64,000 nt of DNA, taken from assembly GCA_963823655.1 (NCBI GenBank), contig CAWGMK010000013.1, positions 64,001 to 128,000 on the forward strand. The letters run 5' to 3'. This document shows, one piece after another, positions 48,879-58,536 of this stretch. A program made the position numbers and the translations under genes. A model generated the notes under the pieces. The model was given only the letters and a program-made list of their open reading frames with translations. It was not told where the DNA came from and made no database searches. The DNA is from an uncultured Bacillota bacterium. GTDB lineage: Bacteria > Bacillota > DTU025 > MWDF01. Position 1 is the first letter of the stretch. Each line of letters starts with the position of its first letter.

Positions 48879-49805
48879 ATGGATTTAAAGCAGTTGAGCA
48901 GCAACGCAGTGCTATCTACGGAGGTCGCGCAGGCATTGTCGGAAGGGCGCCCTATCTGCGCACTTGAGACTACGATACTTAGTCACGGCCTGCCAAGGCC
49001 TTTTAACCTTGAAGTAGCGCACAGAGTAGAACAAGCAGTGCGAGCGGCTGGCGCTGTGCCTGCAACGATAGGTATCATGGGCGGCCGGATCCATATCGGC
49101 CTGGAAGAGGATGAGCTGGAGCAGGTATCGCTGGATACAGGCTCGGTTAAGGCTTCTTTGAAGGATATACCGGCGGTAATGATTAACAGGAAGACGGCGG
49201 GATGCACTGTTGCAGCAACCATAGCGATAGCAAGGGCGGCCGGAATTAGGGTCTTCGCCACGGGCGGAATAGGCGGCGTCCATATGGGGGCCGAGCAGAC
49301 ATTCGACATTTCCGCAGATTTGCATGCGCTTGCCGATAATGAGATAATCGTCGTCTGTTCGGGGCCCAAGAGCGTACTGGACGTCGGGAAGACAGTCGAA
49401 TACATGGAAACGCTTTCAATCTCTATAGTTGGTTACAGGACCGACAGGATGCCCCTTTTCTATACGAGAAGCAGCGAATACAAGGTTGACTTCAACGCAA
49501 CAAGCCCGGAGGATATCGGCCGGTTCGCGACTCTAAGATGGGCATTGTCGTCTGGCGGCATCCTTGTGACAAATCCTGTGCCTGAAGACGCAGAGATGGA
49601 CCCGGAGCTGTTCGCTCGGGTATCAAGAGAAGCGATGCAGGCAGCTCAGGACAATGGGATAAAGAAGGCAGAGGTCACGCCATTCCTGCTTGATTACATC
49701 CACAGAAAGAGCGGAGGGGCGTCATTAAAGGCGAATGCAGCCCTTATTGAATCTAATGCAATGCTTGGAGCCCAGGTTGCGGTAGTCCTTAGCAAATCAG
49801 AGTAA
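48879..49805 (+). CDS. psuG: Pseudouridine-5'-phosphate glycosidase
   Basis: ALETTILSHGLP, FATGGIGGVH, DISADL, KSVLD and VTPFLL. Confidence 0.9.
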   Translation: MDLKQLSSNAVLSTEVAQALSEGRPICALETTILSHGLPRPFNLEVAHRVEQAVRAAGAVPATIGIMGGRIHIGLEEDELEQVSLDTGSVKASLKDIPAVMINRKTAGCTVAATIAIARAAGIRVFATGGIGGVHMGAEQTFDISADLHALADNEIIVVCSGPKSVLDVGKTVEYMETLSISIVGYRTDRMPLFYTRSSEYKVDFNATSPEDIGRFATLRWALSSGGILVTNPVPEDAEMDPELFARVSREAMQAAQDNGIKKAEVTPFLLDYIHRKSGGASLKANAALIESNAMLGAQVAVVLSKSE

Positions 49806-49944
49806 GCAAAATTCTTCAAGATGACTTCATACAACGGGGGGCAGTACGACTGCCTCCCGTTTTTCGCTGTATAAACCGTAGTGTGTTGTACAGGCTGTAA
49901 TACATTGGGATATTTTGCACTAATATTAGAACAATGCAAATATA

Positions 49945-50009
49945 TTGTGAAATATATAGCAATTGCTACTATAATAGCTTTGAGTATTTGTATGTGAAAT
50001 AGAGCACAA
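49945..50009. promoter_or_regulatory. Two Rex-like operators upstream of the hydrogenase operon
   Basis: TTGTGAAATATATAGCAA (49945-49962) and ATGTGAAATAGAGCACAA (49992-50009), compared with the consensus TTGTGAA-N4-TTCACAA. Confidence 0.6.
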
Positions 50010-50081
50010 ATGAACATTGGATAAATTGAATAAATATAAGGTTGCAGTGTAAGAAACTGCGAAACATTGGGAGGGATTGAG

Positions 50082-50576
50082 ATGGCGTGTGCGGAGTGCA
50101 CCTGCAAGGACAGCATTACTGCAGAACAATGGAGCGGGTTGGAAGCAATAATCGAAGGGCATAAAAATAAGAGGGGATCTCTTATCCAGTGCCTACATGA
50201 CGCCCAGGAGCTTATTGGATACCTTCCGATGGAAGTACAGAAGAAAGTCGCCGAAGGGCTGAAGATACCTTTGGCCGATGTCTACAGCGTAGTCTCGTTC
50301 TACGCGCTTTTCAGCACGCAGCCCAAGGGCGAGCACGAAGTTAGCGTATGCCTGGGGACGGCATGCTATGTAAGGGGCGCCGACGCGGTCTTGGGAGAAA
50401 TCCAGGATGAGCTGGGAGTAAAGGCCGGTGAGACTTCCAAGGACGGGAAGTTCAGCCTGAACGTAGTAAGATGCATGGGAGCTTGCGGGCTTGGCCCTGT
50501 CGTTAGCATAGACGGCCAAACGCACGGCAGGCTTAAAGCGGACAAAATCAAGCCCCTTCTCGAAAAGTACAACTAG
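50082..50576 (+). CDS. hydC: [FeFe]-hydrogenase NuoE-like [2Fe-2S] subunit
   Basis: VCLGTACYVRGA and RCMGACGLGP. Confidence 0.9.
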   Translation: MACAECTCKDSITAEQWSGLEAIIEGHKNKRGSLIQCLHDAQELIGYLPMEVQKKVAEGLKIPLADVYSVVSFYALFSTQPKGEHEVSVCLGTACYVRGADAVLGEIQDELGVKAGETSKDGKFSLNVVRCMGACGLGPVVSIDGQTHGRLKADKIKPLLEKYN

Positions 50577-50600
50577 CACATAAGCATTGGAGGTACTAAC

Positions 50601-53600
50601 ATGCCCGGCGAGAAGTACGAGGTACTTGTCTGCGGCGGCGCAGGCTGTCTGTCATCCGGATGCCAGGAAGTCAAGGAGAGGTTAGAAACGGAACTGGCGA
50701 ACTCGGGACTTAAGTCCGAAGTGAAATTGACTCTTACAGGATGCATGGGCCCCTGCGGCCTCGGACCTTCGGTAATGGTCCAGCCGGGGGGCTATTTCTA
50801 TCAGAAGGTAAAACCTGAGGACGCATACGAAATCGTTTACGGGCACCTTTTATCAGGAAAGCCGGTAGAAAGGCTTATGGTGAGCGACCCTCTGAGCGGA
50901 AAGCCCCAACCAAAGACGGAGGACATTCCATTTTTCAACAGGCAGCTCAGGATAGTGCTAAGAAACTGCGGAATCATTGACCCTTTGGAAATAGGCGACT
51001 ATATCGCAAGAGACGGCTACAAGGCGCTTGAAAAGTGCCTTACGTCCTTCAAGAGGGAAGAAGTAATCGATGCAGTGAAGAAATCTGGCCTAAGAGGAAG
51101 AGGCGGAGCCGGCTTCCTTACGGGCTTGAAATGGGAATTCACTTATAAGGCAAACGGAGATCCGAAATATGTGGTCTGCAATGCCGACGAGGGTGATCCG
51201 GGAGCTTTCATGGACAGGAGCGTTCTAGAGGGCGACCCCCATTCCGTAATCGAGGGCATGGCAATAGCAGCATATGCGGTAGGCGCAAAGCTTGGCTATG
51301 TATATGTGAGGGCGGAATATCCACTTGCCGTGAAGAACCTTGGCCATGCCATAGAAGCTGCGCGCAAGTCGGGCTTCCTGGGCAAGGACATCTGCGGCAA
51401 GGGGTTCGATTTCGACCTTGAGATAAGAGTAGGGGCGGGTGCTTTCGTATGCGGCGAGGAGACAGCGCTTCTGGCATCGGTCGAGGGCAGAAGGGGTGAA
51501 CCGCAGGCCCAGGCCGCCTTTCCCTGCGCAAGAGGGGCTATGGAACAAGCCTACGGTCCTCAACAATGTGGAGACCTACGCAAATGTCGCACAGATCCTG
51601 CTCAGAGGATGGGAATGGTTCGCGTCGATTGGCACTGAGAAGAGCAAGGGCACGAAAGTTTTCGCCCTGGCTGGCAAGATCAGGAACACCGGACTTGTCG
51701 AAATTCCGATGGGAACGCCTCTTGGCGACATCATCTACGATATTGGCGGAGGGATACCCGGCGACAGGAAGTTTAAGGCTGCACAGACCGGAGGGCCATC
51801 GGGCGGTTGCATACCTCCTCAGTATCTGAACACGCCGGTAGATTACGAAACGCTCAAGGAGCTAGGTACAATCATGGGCTCCGGCGGGCTCATTGTCATG
51901 GACGAGGACACATGCATGGTGGACCTGGCCAAGTTCTTCCTTACTTTCATCCAGGATGAATCCTGCGGTAAGTGCTCGCCGTGCCGCATAGGCACCAAAC
52001 GCATGCTTGAGATAGTTGACAGGATTACCAAGGGCAAAGGCAGGCCCGGGGATATCGACCTGCTTTTGGAGCTTGGCAGCATGATAAGGGCTACTGCCCT
52101 GTGCGGGCTAGGACAGACTGCCCCGAACCCGGTCGAATCGACCATACGCCACTTCAGGAAGGAATACGAGGATCACATAAAAGGCGCAAGGTGCGAGGCT
52201 TCGGTATGTGCTTCGCTTTTCGAATCTCCCTGCAAAAACAGCTGCCCTGCGGATGTTGACGTGCCCAGGTACATTGCCCTGATGAAAGAGCGCAAATTCT
52301 CCGAGGCAGTTGAACTGATAAAGAGGACAAACCCGTTCCCTGCGGTGTGCGGCCGCGTATGCGACCATCCGTGCGAGGGCCACTGCAGAAGGCGCGACAC
52401 AGACGAACCGCTTGCAATAAGGGCCCTTAAGAGATTTGCGGCCGATTACGACATGCTTCACCCGACTGCGCCGAAGCAAATTGTAAGAACCGGGCGCAAA
52501 GTGGCGATAATCGGCGCTGGCCCCTCTGGCCTTACCGCCGCATATTACCTCGGGCTGGCGGGCCATGACGTCACCGTATATGAATCTTTGCCTGTTGCCG
52601 GAGGGATGATGGCGGTAGGGATACCCTCTTACAGGCTGCCAAAAGACGTGTTGGAGCATGAGATAAAGGCCATTACCAACATGGGTGTGAGAATTGAGCT
52701 GGGCCTCAAAGTCGGCAAGGACATCTCCCTATCCACTCTTATAGAGACCAATGATGCAGTTTATGCCGCGGTAGGCGCTCATGTTGAACAGAAGCTTGGC
52801 ATACCTGGCGATGGACTTGCCGGTGTGATGTCGGCAACAGGCTTCCTAAGAGATGTCGCATTGGGCAAGCCTGCGAAGATCGGAAGCCATGTTGCAGTAA
52901 TTGGTGGCGGCAACTCAGCCATCGATGCAGCTAGAACAGCCCTAAGGTGCGGCGCCGCCGAGGTTAGCCTCGTATACAGGAGGATGAAGGGCGATATGCC
53001 CGCCGAGAAATCGGAGGTAGAAGCCGCGATCGCCGAGGGTATCAAGATATACTTCCTGGCAGCTCCAACTTCGGTAGAGGCAGATGGCGGCAGGCTGAAG
53101 CTCGAATGCGAAAGCATGGTGCTGGGAGAGTTCGACAAATCGGGCAGGAGAAGGCCCAAAGCTTCAGGAGAGCAGGGGTTCACGCTTAATGTGGACAGCG
53201 TGCTTGCGGCAATCGGCCAGAGCCCGGACCTGACATTTGCTGAGGGTTTCAATGGCCTTGCAACTACCAGATCAGGAATAGTCCTCGCCGATCCGGACAC
53301 CGGCGAGACCAATATCGAGGGGCTTTACAGCGGAGGCGACTGCGCGACCGGGCCGTGGACGGTAGTCGCGGCCATTGGGGCCGGCAGGAAGGCGGCGCTG
53401 GCAATAGACAAGAGGCTTGGCGGCATTTGGCATGTTCATGCCGACGACGAAGTACAAAGGGAGCTTATTGGGGAGATTATCGAAGATCCCATGCCGAGGG
53501 CCATCATGCCGGAGCTTCCGGCAATGGAGCGCATATCTGGCTTCGGCGAAGTAGAGCTCGGCTTCAGGCTTGAAGACGCGCTATTGGAAGCGTCTAGATG

Positions 53601-53625
53601 CTTCCAGTGCGATGTCAGGGATTAG
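50601..53625 (+). CDS. hydB: NuoF-like diaphorase subunit fused to a GltD-like FAD/NAD(P)H oxidoreductase (frameshift near 51500)
   Basis: CGGAGC and [37 protein letters not shown] and [10 protein letters not shown], followed by [37 protein letters not shown] and EASRCFQC. Confidence 0.85.
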
Positions 53626-53639
53626 GGGGTGTACCGATT

Positions 53640-55391
53640 ATGATTAACCTAACGATAGACGGCAGGAAAGTTAACGCCAGGGAGGGCACCTCCGTTATAG
53701 AGGCAGCGAAAGCCGCGGGCATCAAGATTCCTTCGCTTTGCTACCTGAAGGGCATAAACGAGATAGGGGCCTGCAGGGTGTGCCTGGTTGAAATCGAGGG
53801 GGCCAGGGGCCTCGTAACCAGTTGCACGACCAAAGTCGCCGAGGGCATGATAGTCAGGACGAACACTCCTGCCGCAAGACAGGCCCGCAGGACGGTCCTG
53901 GAGCTGATAATATCCAATCACCCGTACGATTGCCTTAAATGCGTGCGCAACAGGTCCTGCGAGTTGCAGGAGCTGGCGGAGGAGATGGGCATCAGGGAGA
54001 TCAGGTATGAAGGGGAGAAGTCGCATCACGAAATCGACAACTCCACATATTCGATAGTAAGGGATCCGGACAAGTGCATACTTTGCAGAAGGTGCATTTC
54101 GGTCTGCTCCAAAGTTCAGGGGATTGGTGTGGTAAACACCCAGGGCAGGGGATTCGACACCATAGTAGCCCCCGAGTTCGAGCTTCCCATGAATTCAACA
54201 ACTTGCGCCATGTGCGGCCAGTGCATACTGGTCTGCCCGACAGGGGCTTTGAGCGAGAGGGATTCTACCGATGTTGTGTGGGATGCGATAAATAACAGGC
54301 AGAAGCACGTAGTCGTACAGACTGCACCAGCCGTAAGAGTGGCGCTGGGTGAAGAATTCGGAATGGAGCCTGGCTCCCTCGTTACGGGCAAAATGGTTGC
54401 GGCCCTAAGAAGGCTTGGCTTCGACAGGGTCTTCGATACGGACTTCACGGCGGACCTAACCATAATAGAAGAGGGCACCGAGCTTATAAGAAGGGCGCTG
54501 TCCGGCGGTAAGCTGCCGATGATTACTTCATGCAGCCCCGGATGGATCAAATTCTGCGAGCATAACTATCATGAAAGCCTCGGCAACCTGTCTTCATGCA
54601 AATCCCCGCAGCAGATGTTCGGGGCGCTTGCGAAGACTTTCTACGCCCAAAAGGCAGGGGTAGACCCCGCTTCCATATTCTCAGTGTCGATAATGCCCTG
54701 CACGGCCAAGAAATTCGAATGCGAAAGGCCGGAGATGGCAAGCTCGGGCTACAAGGACGTAGACGCGGTGCTTACCACAAGGGAGCTTGCAAGGATGATA
54801 AAGCAGGCGGGCCTTGATCTAAACTCCATAGAACCGGAGCTGTATGACGCACCATTTGGCATATCAACAGGTGCCGGAGTCATTTTCGGCGCCACCGGTG
54901 GCGTCATGGAGGCCGCCTTAAGGACCGTGTATGAGCTTCTTACCGGCAAGAGCCTGGGAGATTCCCCCGATTTCGAAGAAGTAAGGGGGATGCAGGGGAT
55001 CAAAGAGATGACAATAAAGCTGCCTGAGGAGCTTGCCTCGCCATATGAAGCGCTTGCGGGCCTTGAGCTGAGGTTTGCCGTTGCTCATACACTTGAGAAC
55101 GCAAGGAAGGTAATGGACCTCGTGAAGTCGGGGCTTGCGCCTTGGCACTTCATCGAGATAATGGCCTGTCCGGGCGGATGCATTGGCGGCGGCGGGCAAC
55201 CAATTGGGACCGATCTTGAAAGAAGGTTGATGAGAATCGAGGGGACCTATTTGGCCGACCGGAACCAGGGGCTGAGGAAATCGCATGAGAATCCCGCGGT
55301 TCAGGAGCTGTATAGGGACTTCCTGGAGGAGCCTCTGGGCCATAATTCTCACCAGCTGCTCCATACTACATACACCCAAAGGACGAAATAG
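53640..55391 (+). CDS. hydA: [FeFe]-hydrogenase catalytic subunit (group A)
   Basis: H-cluster motifs TSCSPGW, MPCTAKKFE and EIMACPGGCIGGGGQP; N-terminal 2Fe-2S, His-ligated and 2x4Fe-4S motifs. Confidence 0.95.
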   Translation: MINLTIDGRKVNAREGTSVIEAAKAAGIKIPSLCYLKGINEIGACRVCLVEIEGARGLVTSCTTKVAEGMIVRTNTPAARQARRTVLELIISNHPYDCLKCVRNRSCELQELAEEMGIREIRYEGEKSHHEIDNSTYSIVRDPDKCILCRRCISVCSKVQGIGVVNTQGRGFDTIVAPEFELPMNSTTCAMCGQCILVCPTGALSERDSTDVVWDAINNRQKHVVVQTAPAVRVALGEEFGMEPGSLVTGKMVAALRRLGFDRVFDTDFTADLTIIEEGTELIRRALSGGKLPMITSCSPGWIKFCEHNYHESLGNLSSCKSPQQMFGALAKTFYAQKAGVDPASIFSVSIMPCTAKKFECERPEMASSGYKDVDAVLTTRELARMIKQAGLDLNSIEPELYDAPFGISTGAGVIFGATGGVMEAALRTVYELLTGKSLGDSPDFEEVRGMQGIKEMTIKLPEELASPYEALAGLELRFAVAHTLENARKVMDLVKSGLAPWHFIEIMACPGGCIGGGGQPIGTDLERRLMRIEGTYLADRNQGLRKSHENPAVQELYRDFLEEPLGHNSHQLLHTTYTQRTK

Positions 55392-55426
55392 CGCATCTGA
55401 TCAGATCTTTCTTGAGAGAATGAATG

Positions 55427-55476
55427 CTCCCCTCAAACGAACGGCAGAAACCCGGCTGTCAATTGAGGGGAGTTTT
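55427..55476 (+). terminator. Terminator after hydA
   Basis: CTCCCCTCAA...TTGAGGGGAG (10 bp) plus TTTT, with inner pairing ACGGC/GCTGT. Confidence 0.65.
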
Positions 55477-55590
55477 ACTTGCCCGGGAGGCGAAAACGCT
55501 AGGCATCTAGAAATGAATAGCCGAGCAGATTAGGCCCGATAAGGGCTGGCAGCAATGTTCATGGTCAATTGAAAAGGGAGATGCGAGGCA

Positions 55591-56550
55591 TTGATAGGCA
55601 AAGGCGCGACGGCAATCAATCAAGACAGGCTGGAATGGCTGCTGGAATCGGATCCTTCCATCAGATACCAGACCTATAAAGACCTATTGGGTGAGCCTGA
55701 AGCAAAACTCCAGGGCCTCAGGGCTTTGATTACGGAAGAAGGATGGGGTTACGCATACCTTTTGCGGATGAATCCGGACTGCTCATGGGGCGATGAGTAT
55801 TACAAGCCCAAATGGAAATGTACGCATTATACTTTGCTGGAATTGAGGAATCTTGAGGCTGAACCTTCGCTTCCGGCAGCGCACAAGGCAATCGATGACG
55901 CAATAAAGGCCAATATCGGCCGCGACGGCGGAATCAACCCATCCCGAAGCCCGCGCTCAGCCAGCGATGTATGCATCAACGGAATGTTTTTGAGATTTGC
56001 CTGCTATTTCAAGCAGCCTGAGTCGTCCCTAAAATCGATAATCGATTTTCTGCTCGCTGCGAGGATGAACGACGGAGGATTTAATTGCCAGTTCAAGAAG
56101 GCGGCGACAAAACACGGCTCCCTTCATACCACACTATCTGTATGCGAAGGGCTGCATGAGTACATCAAGGGCGGGTATGGATACAGGCGAAACGAGGCAG
56201 GGTCCGCCTTGGCGAGCGCTCATGATTTCATGCTTTTACACAGGCTCTATAAGTCCGACAGAACCGGTGAGATTATCGATTTGAAGTTTCTTGAAATGAG
56301 GAACCCGACCAGGTGGAGGTATGACATATTAAGGGCTCTGGATCATCTCAGGTGCGCGGGTGCGCCATACGATGTCCGGATGGAGGATGCCATCCGGTAC
56401 ATAAAGGGATTGATGAACGAAAGGGGCAGGTGGAAGCTGGGCCGGCGGCTTCCTGGAGAAAGGTACTTCGATATGGAGAGGCAGGGTTCCGAAAGCCGCT
56501 GGATTACACTCAAAGCGCTGCGAGTGCTCAAAGCATATGGTAATGAGTGA
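55591..56550 (+). CDS. Hypothetical protein with prenyltransferase/squalene-cyclase-like repeats
   Basis: WLLESDPSIRY, Y.PKW..THYTL, DGGFNC, WRYDILRALD and SRWITLKA; a conserved-hypothetical pattern. Confidence 0.65.
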   Translation: MIGKGATAINQDRLEWLLESDPSIRYQTYKDLLGEPEAKLQGLRALITEEGWGYAYLLRMNPDCSWGDEYYKPKWKCTHYTLLELRNLEAEPSLPAAHKAIDDAIKANIGRDGGINPSRSPRSASDVCINGMFLRFACYFKQPESSLKSIIDFLLAARMNDGGFNCQFKKAATKHGSLHTTLSVCEGLHEYIKGGYGYRRNEAGSALASAHDFMLLHRLYKSDRTGEIIDLKFLEMRNPTRWRYDILRALDHLRCAGAPYDVRMEDAIRYIKGLMNERGRWKLGRRLPGERYFDMERQGSESRWITLKALRVLKAYGNE

Positions 56551-56551
56551 G

Positions 56552-56583
56552 AGAAGGACCGGCACTATCTGCCGGCCCTTCTT
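56552..56583. terminator. Terminator between convergent genes
   Basis: AGAAGGACCGGCA-CTATC-TGCCGGCCCTTCT. Confidence 0.6.
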
Positions 56584-56607
56584 GTCAACAATATGTTTAC
56601 TTAGCTC

Positions 56608-57135
56608 TTATTTGCCGCTTTCGATCCCTCTGAAGAATTTCTCCAAATTCTCCGGCAGCACGAATGGCCGTTCAACTTCGCTCTGCGGCCCGGGGGCATA
56701 AATGGCCGCCAATATGGCGTCAATTATTAGGGCCTTGGGCGGCGTAAGATATTGCTTGCCGTTGTAGTGCCATACCCTGCAATCGACGTCATCGCCGCAC
56801 AGGTCCCCGCACTCCTTGCAACCGGTCTCAGCAATCGCAGGCGCGATATCTTTTCCGTTAACCTTAATAGTCGGGGAGGAGGCAAACCTGGCGTCTATTG
56901 CCTGCTGCCTTGTCTTTACGAGAATTTTGTTTAACCTTATCTCCACGCCGGTTGAGCCAAGGGCCAGGCGCGCCTCGGACAACGCCTCCTCCAGCGCAGC
57001 ATCAGTGCCTTTGCATCTTCCGCACTCATTCAGATCGATAAACAGAAAATCTACTACCAGGACCTTTTTGACTGCCACTTCTTCAGCAGTGCAGTCATCC
57101 GTGCAACCGCAGCTGCAACCGCATTGGCTTTTCAT
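56608..57135 (-). CDS. DUF2703 thioredoxin-like Cys-rich protein
   Basis: CGRCKGT, SSPTIKVNG.DI, C..CGDLCG.DVDCRVW.Y.G and a Cys-rich N-terminus. Confidence 0.75.
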   Translation of the reverse strand: MKSQCGCSCGCTDDCTAEEVAVKKVLVVDFLFIDLNECGRCKGTDAALEEALSEARLALGSTGVEIRLNKILVKTRQQAIDARFASSPTIKVNGKDIAPAIAETGCKECGDLCGDDVDCRVWHYNGKQYLTPPKALIIDAILAAIYAPGPQSEVERPFVLPENLEKFFRGIESGK

Positions 57136-57243
57136 AATATTCCTCCGTACCCTAAAGCGCCTGCCTTATCTGAAAGGCCGCTGTACTTATGATAGAATTA
57201 TAATGCTTAAACGGAAAGTCTTTTGTTTTTGGAGGATTTTCGC

Positions 57244-58536
57244 ATGCATTTCTTCGAGGATTTCAAGGTCCGTGACGGCTTGTCAGTACATCTATGGCCG
57301 ACCAAGAAGTTCCGGACCGTTTACCTGCAGATATACTTGCACAGCCCGCTAACAGATGAGACGGCCACTTTCCTGAACCTTCTACCGGCCGTCCTGACCA
57401 GAGGAACCAGGCAATTTCCCGAGACAAGGCTTCTTAATACCAGGCTCGATATGCTTTACGGGGCCGGAATCAGCTCTTCATTCACCAGACGCGGCGAAAG
57501 GGGCTTGGTAAGCCTTTCGGCGAACATGGCGGATATCAGCTGCGAGGGCAGGATTCCGCTTGCACATCTTTGCGAACTGGCAAAGTCAGTAATGTTCGAG
57601 CCTGCCCTGGCCGACTCGGGAATGCTTAGGTCCGATTTCCTGGCGCAGGAGAAAGCCGGCATCTTAAACGACATTGCGTCAGTCAAGGACGATAAGGACG
57701 CATGGGCTGAGTACAGGTGCATGGCGAATATGGGCAAGGATGAAGCTTTCAGCGTGCACCCATATGGGGACGAGGACCTTCTGAAAAGCATAGGGCCCGA
57801 GCCTTTGACTTCATGGTGGGCCAACGTCCTGCCAGAGCTTCCTGCGGACATCTTCGCAGTAGGGGACTTCGATGTGCTCGAGGCGCTGGAGCTGATTACG
57901 AAGGCATTCGGAGGGGCGATCAAAGGAAGCTCTGACCCGGGCTCTGCTGCGACGTACAAACCTGCGCCCGAAATTCCTGCGGTTGTCGAGGAGAATGCCG
58001 AGACAGTTCAGGCAAAGCTTGTCATGGGATGGCGCAGCAGGACGAACTGGGCAAGCCCCGACTATCCTGCACATGTGCTGGCAAATCATATTTTCGGCCA
58101 ATATTCCCAGTCCAAGCTCTTTATGAACATTCGCGAGAAAGAGGGCCTGGCATACAGCGTAGGTTCGAAGATAGAACCCACCAAGGGACTTGTTTACGCC
58201 TTCGCCGGGGTTGACCCGAAGAAGGTCGAAAAGGCAGTGGAAGTAGTAATTCGCGAGCACAATGCCCTTGCAAACGGGAATATTACCGAAAAGGAGCTCT
58301 CCGACGCAAAGAAGAGCATGGAGATGGGCATCAGGATATCGGCCGACAGCCCCGCATCTCTCTATTCCAGGGAGATGACCGGTATTGTGAACGGCAGGCG
58401 TTTAACAATAGAAGAGGCAGTCCGTGGAATCGAGGCATGCAAAGCGGAAGAGGTGGCAAAAGCCGCATCCGAATGGAAGCTGGACACTATCTTTAAGCTA
58501 ATGCCCAACTCATACGCGAAAGGGGGCAGGGGATGA
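57244..58536 (+). CDS. M16 peptidase-like, inactive subunit (YmfF-like)
   Basis: T.KF.T, LYGA and SKLFMNIREKEGLAY; no HxxEH. Confidence 0.85.
   Translation: MHFFEDFKVRDGLSVHLWPTKKFRTVYLQIYLHSPLTDETATFLNLLPAVLTRGTRQFPETRLLNTRLDMLYGAGISSSFTRRGERGLVSLSANMADISCEGRIPLAHLCELAKSVMFEPALADSGMLRSDFLAQEKAGILNDIASVKDDKDAWAEYRCMANMGKDEAFSVHPYGDEDLLKSIGPEPLTSWWANVLPELPADIFAVGDFDVLEALELITKAFGGAIKGSSDPGSAATYKPAPEIPAVVEENAETVQAKLVMGWRSRTNWASPDYPAHVLANHIFGQYSQSKLFMNIREKEGLAYSVGSKIEPTKGLVYAFAGVDPKKVEKAVEVVIREHNALANGNITEKELSDAKKSMEMGIRISADSPASLYSREMTGIVNGRRLTIEEAVRGIEACKAEEVAKAASEWKLDTIFKLMPNSYAKGGRG

Noticed and set aside
51480-51520. Programmed frameshift in hydB
   Set aside because: It falls inside the conserved RRGEPRPRPPFP motif with no slippery heptamer; same pattern as the other probable sequencing indels.
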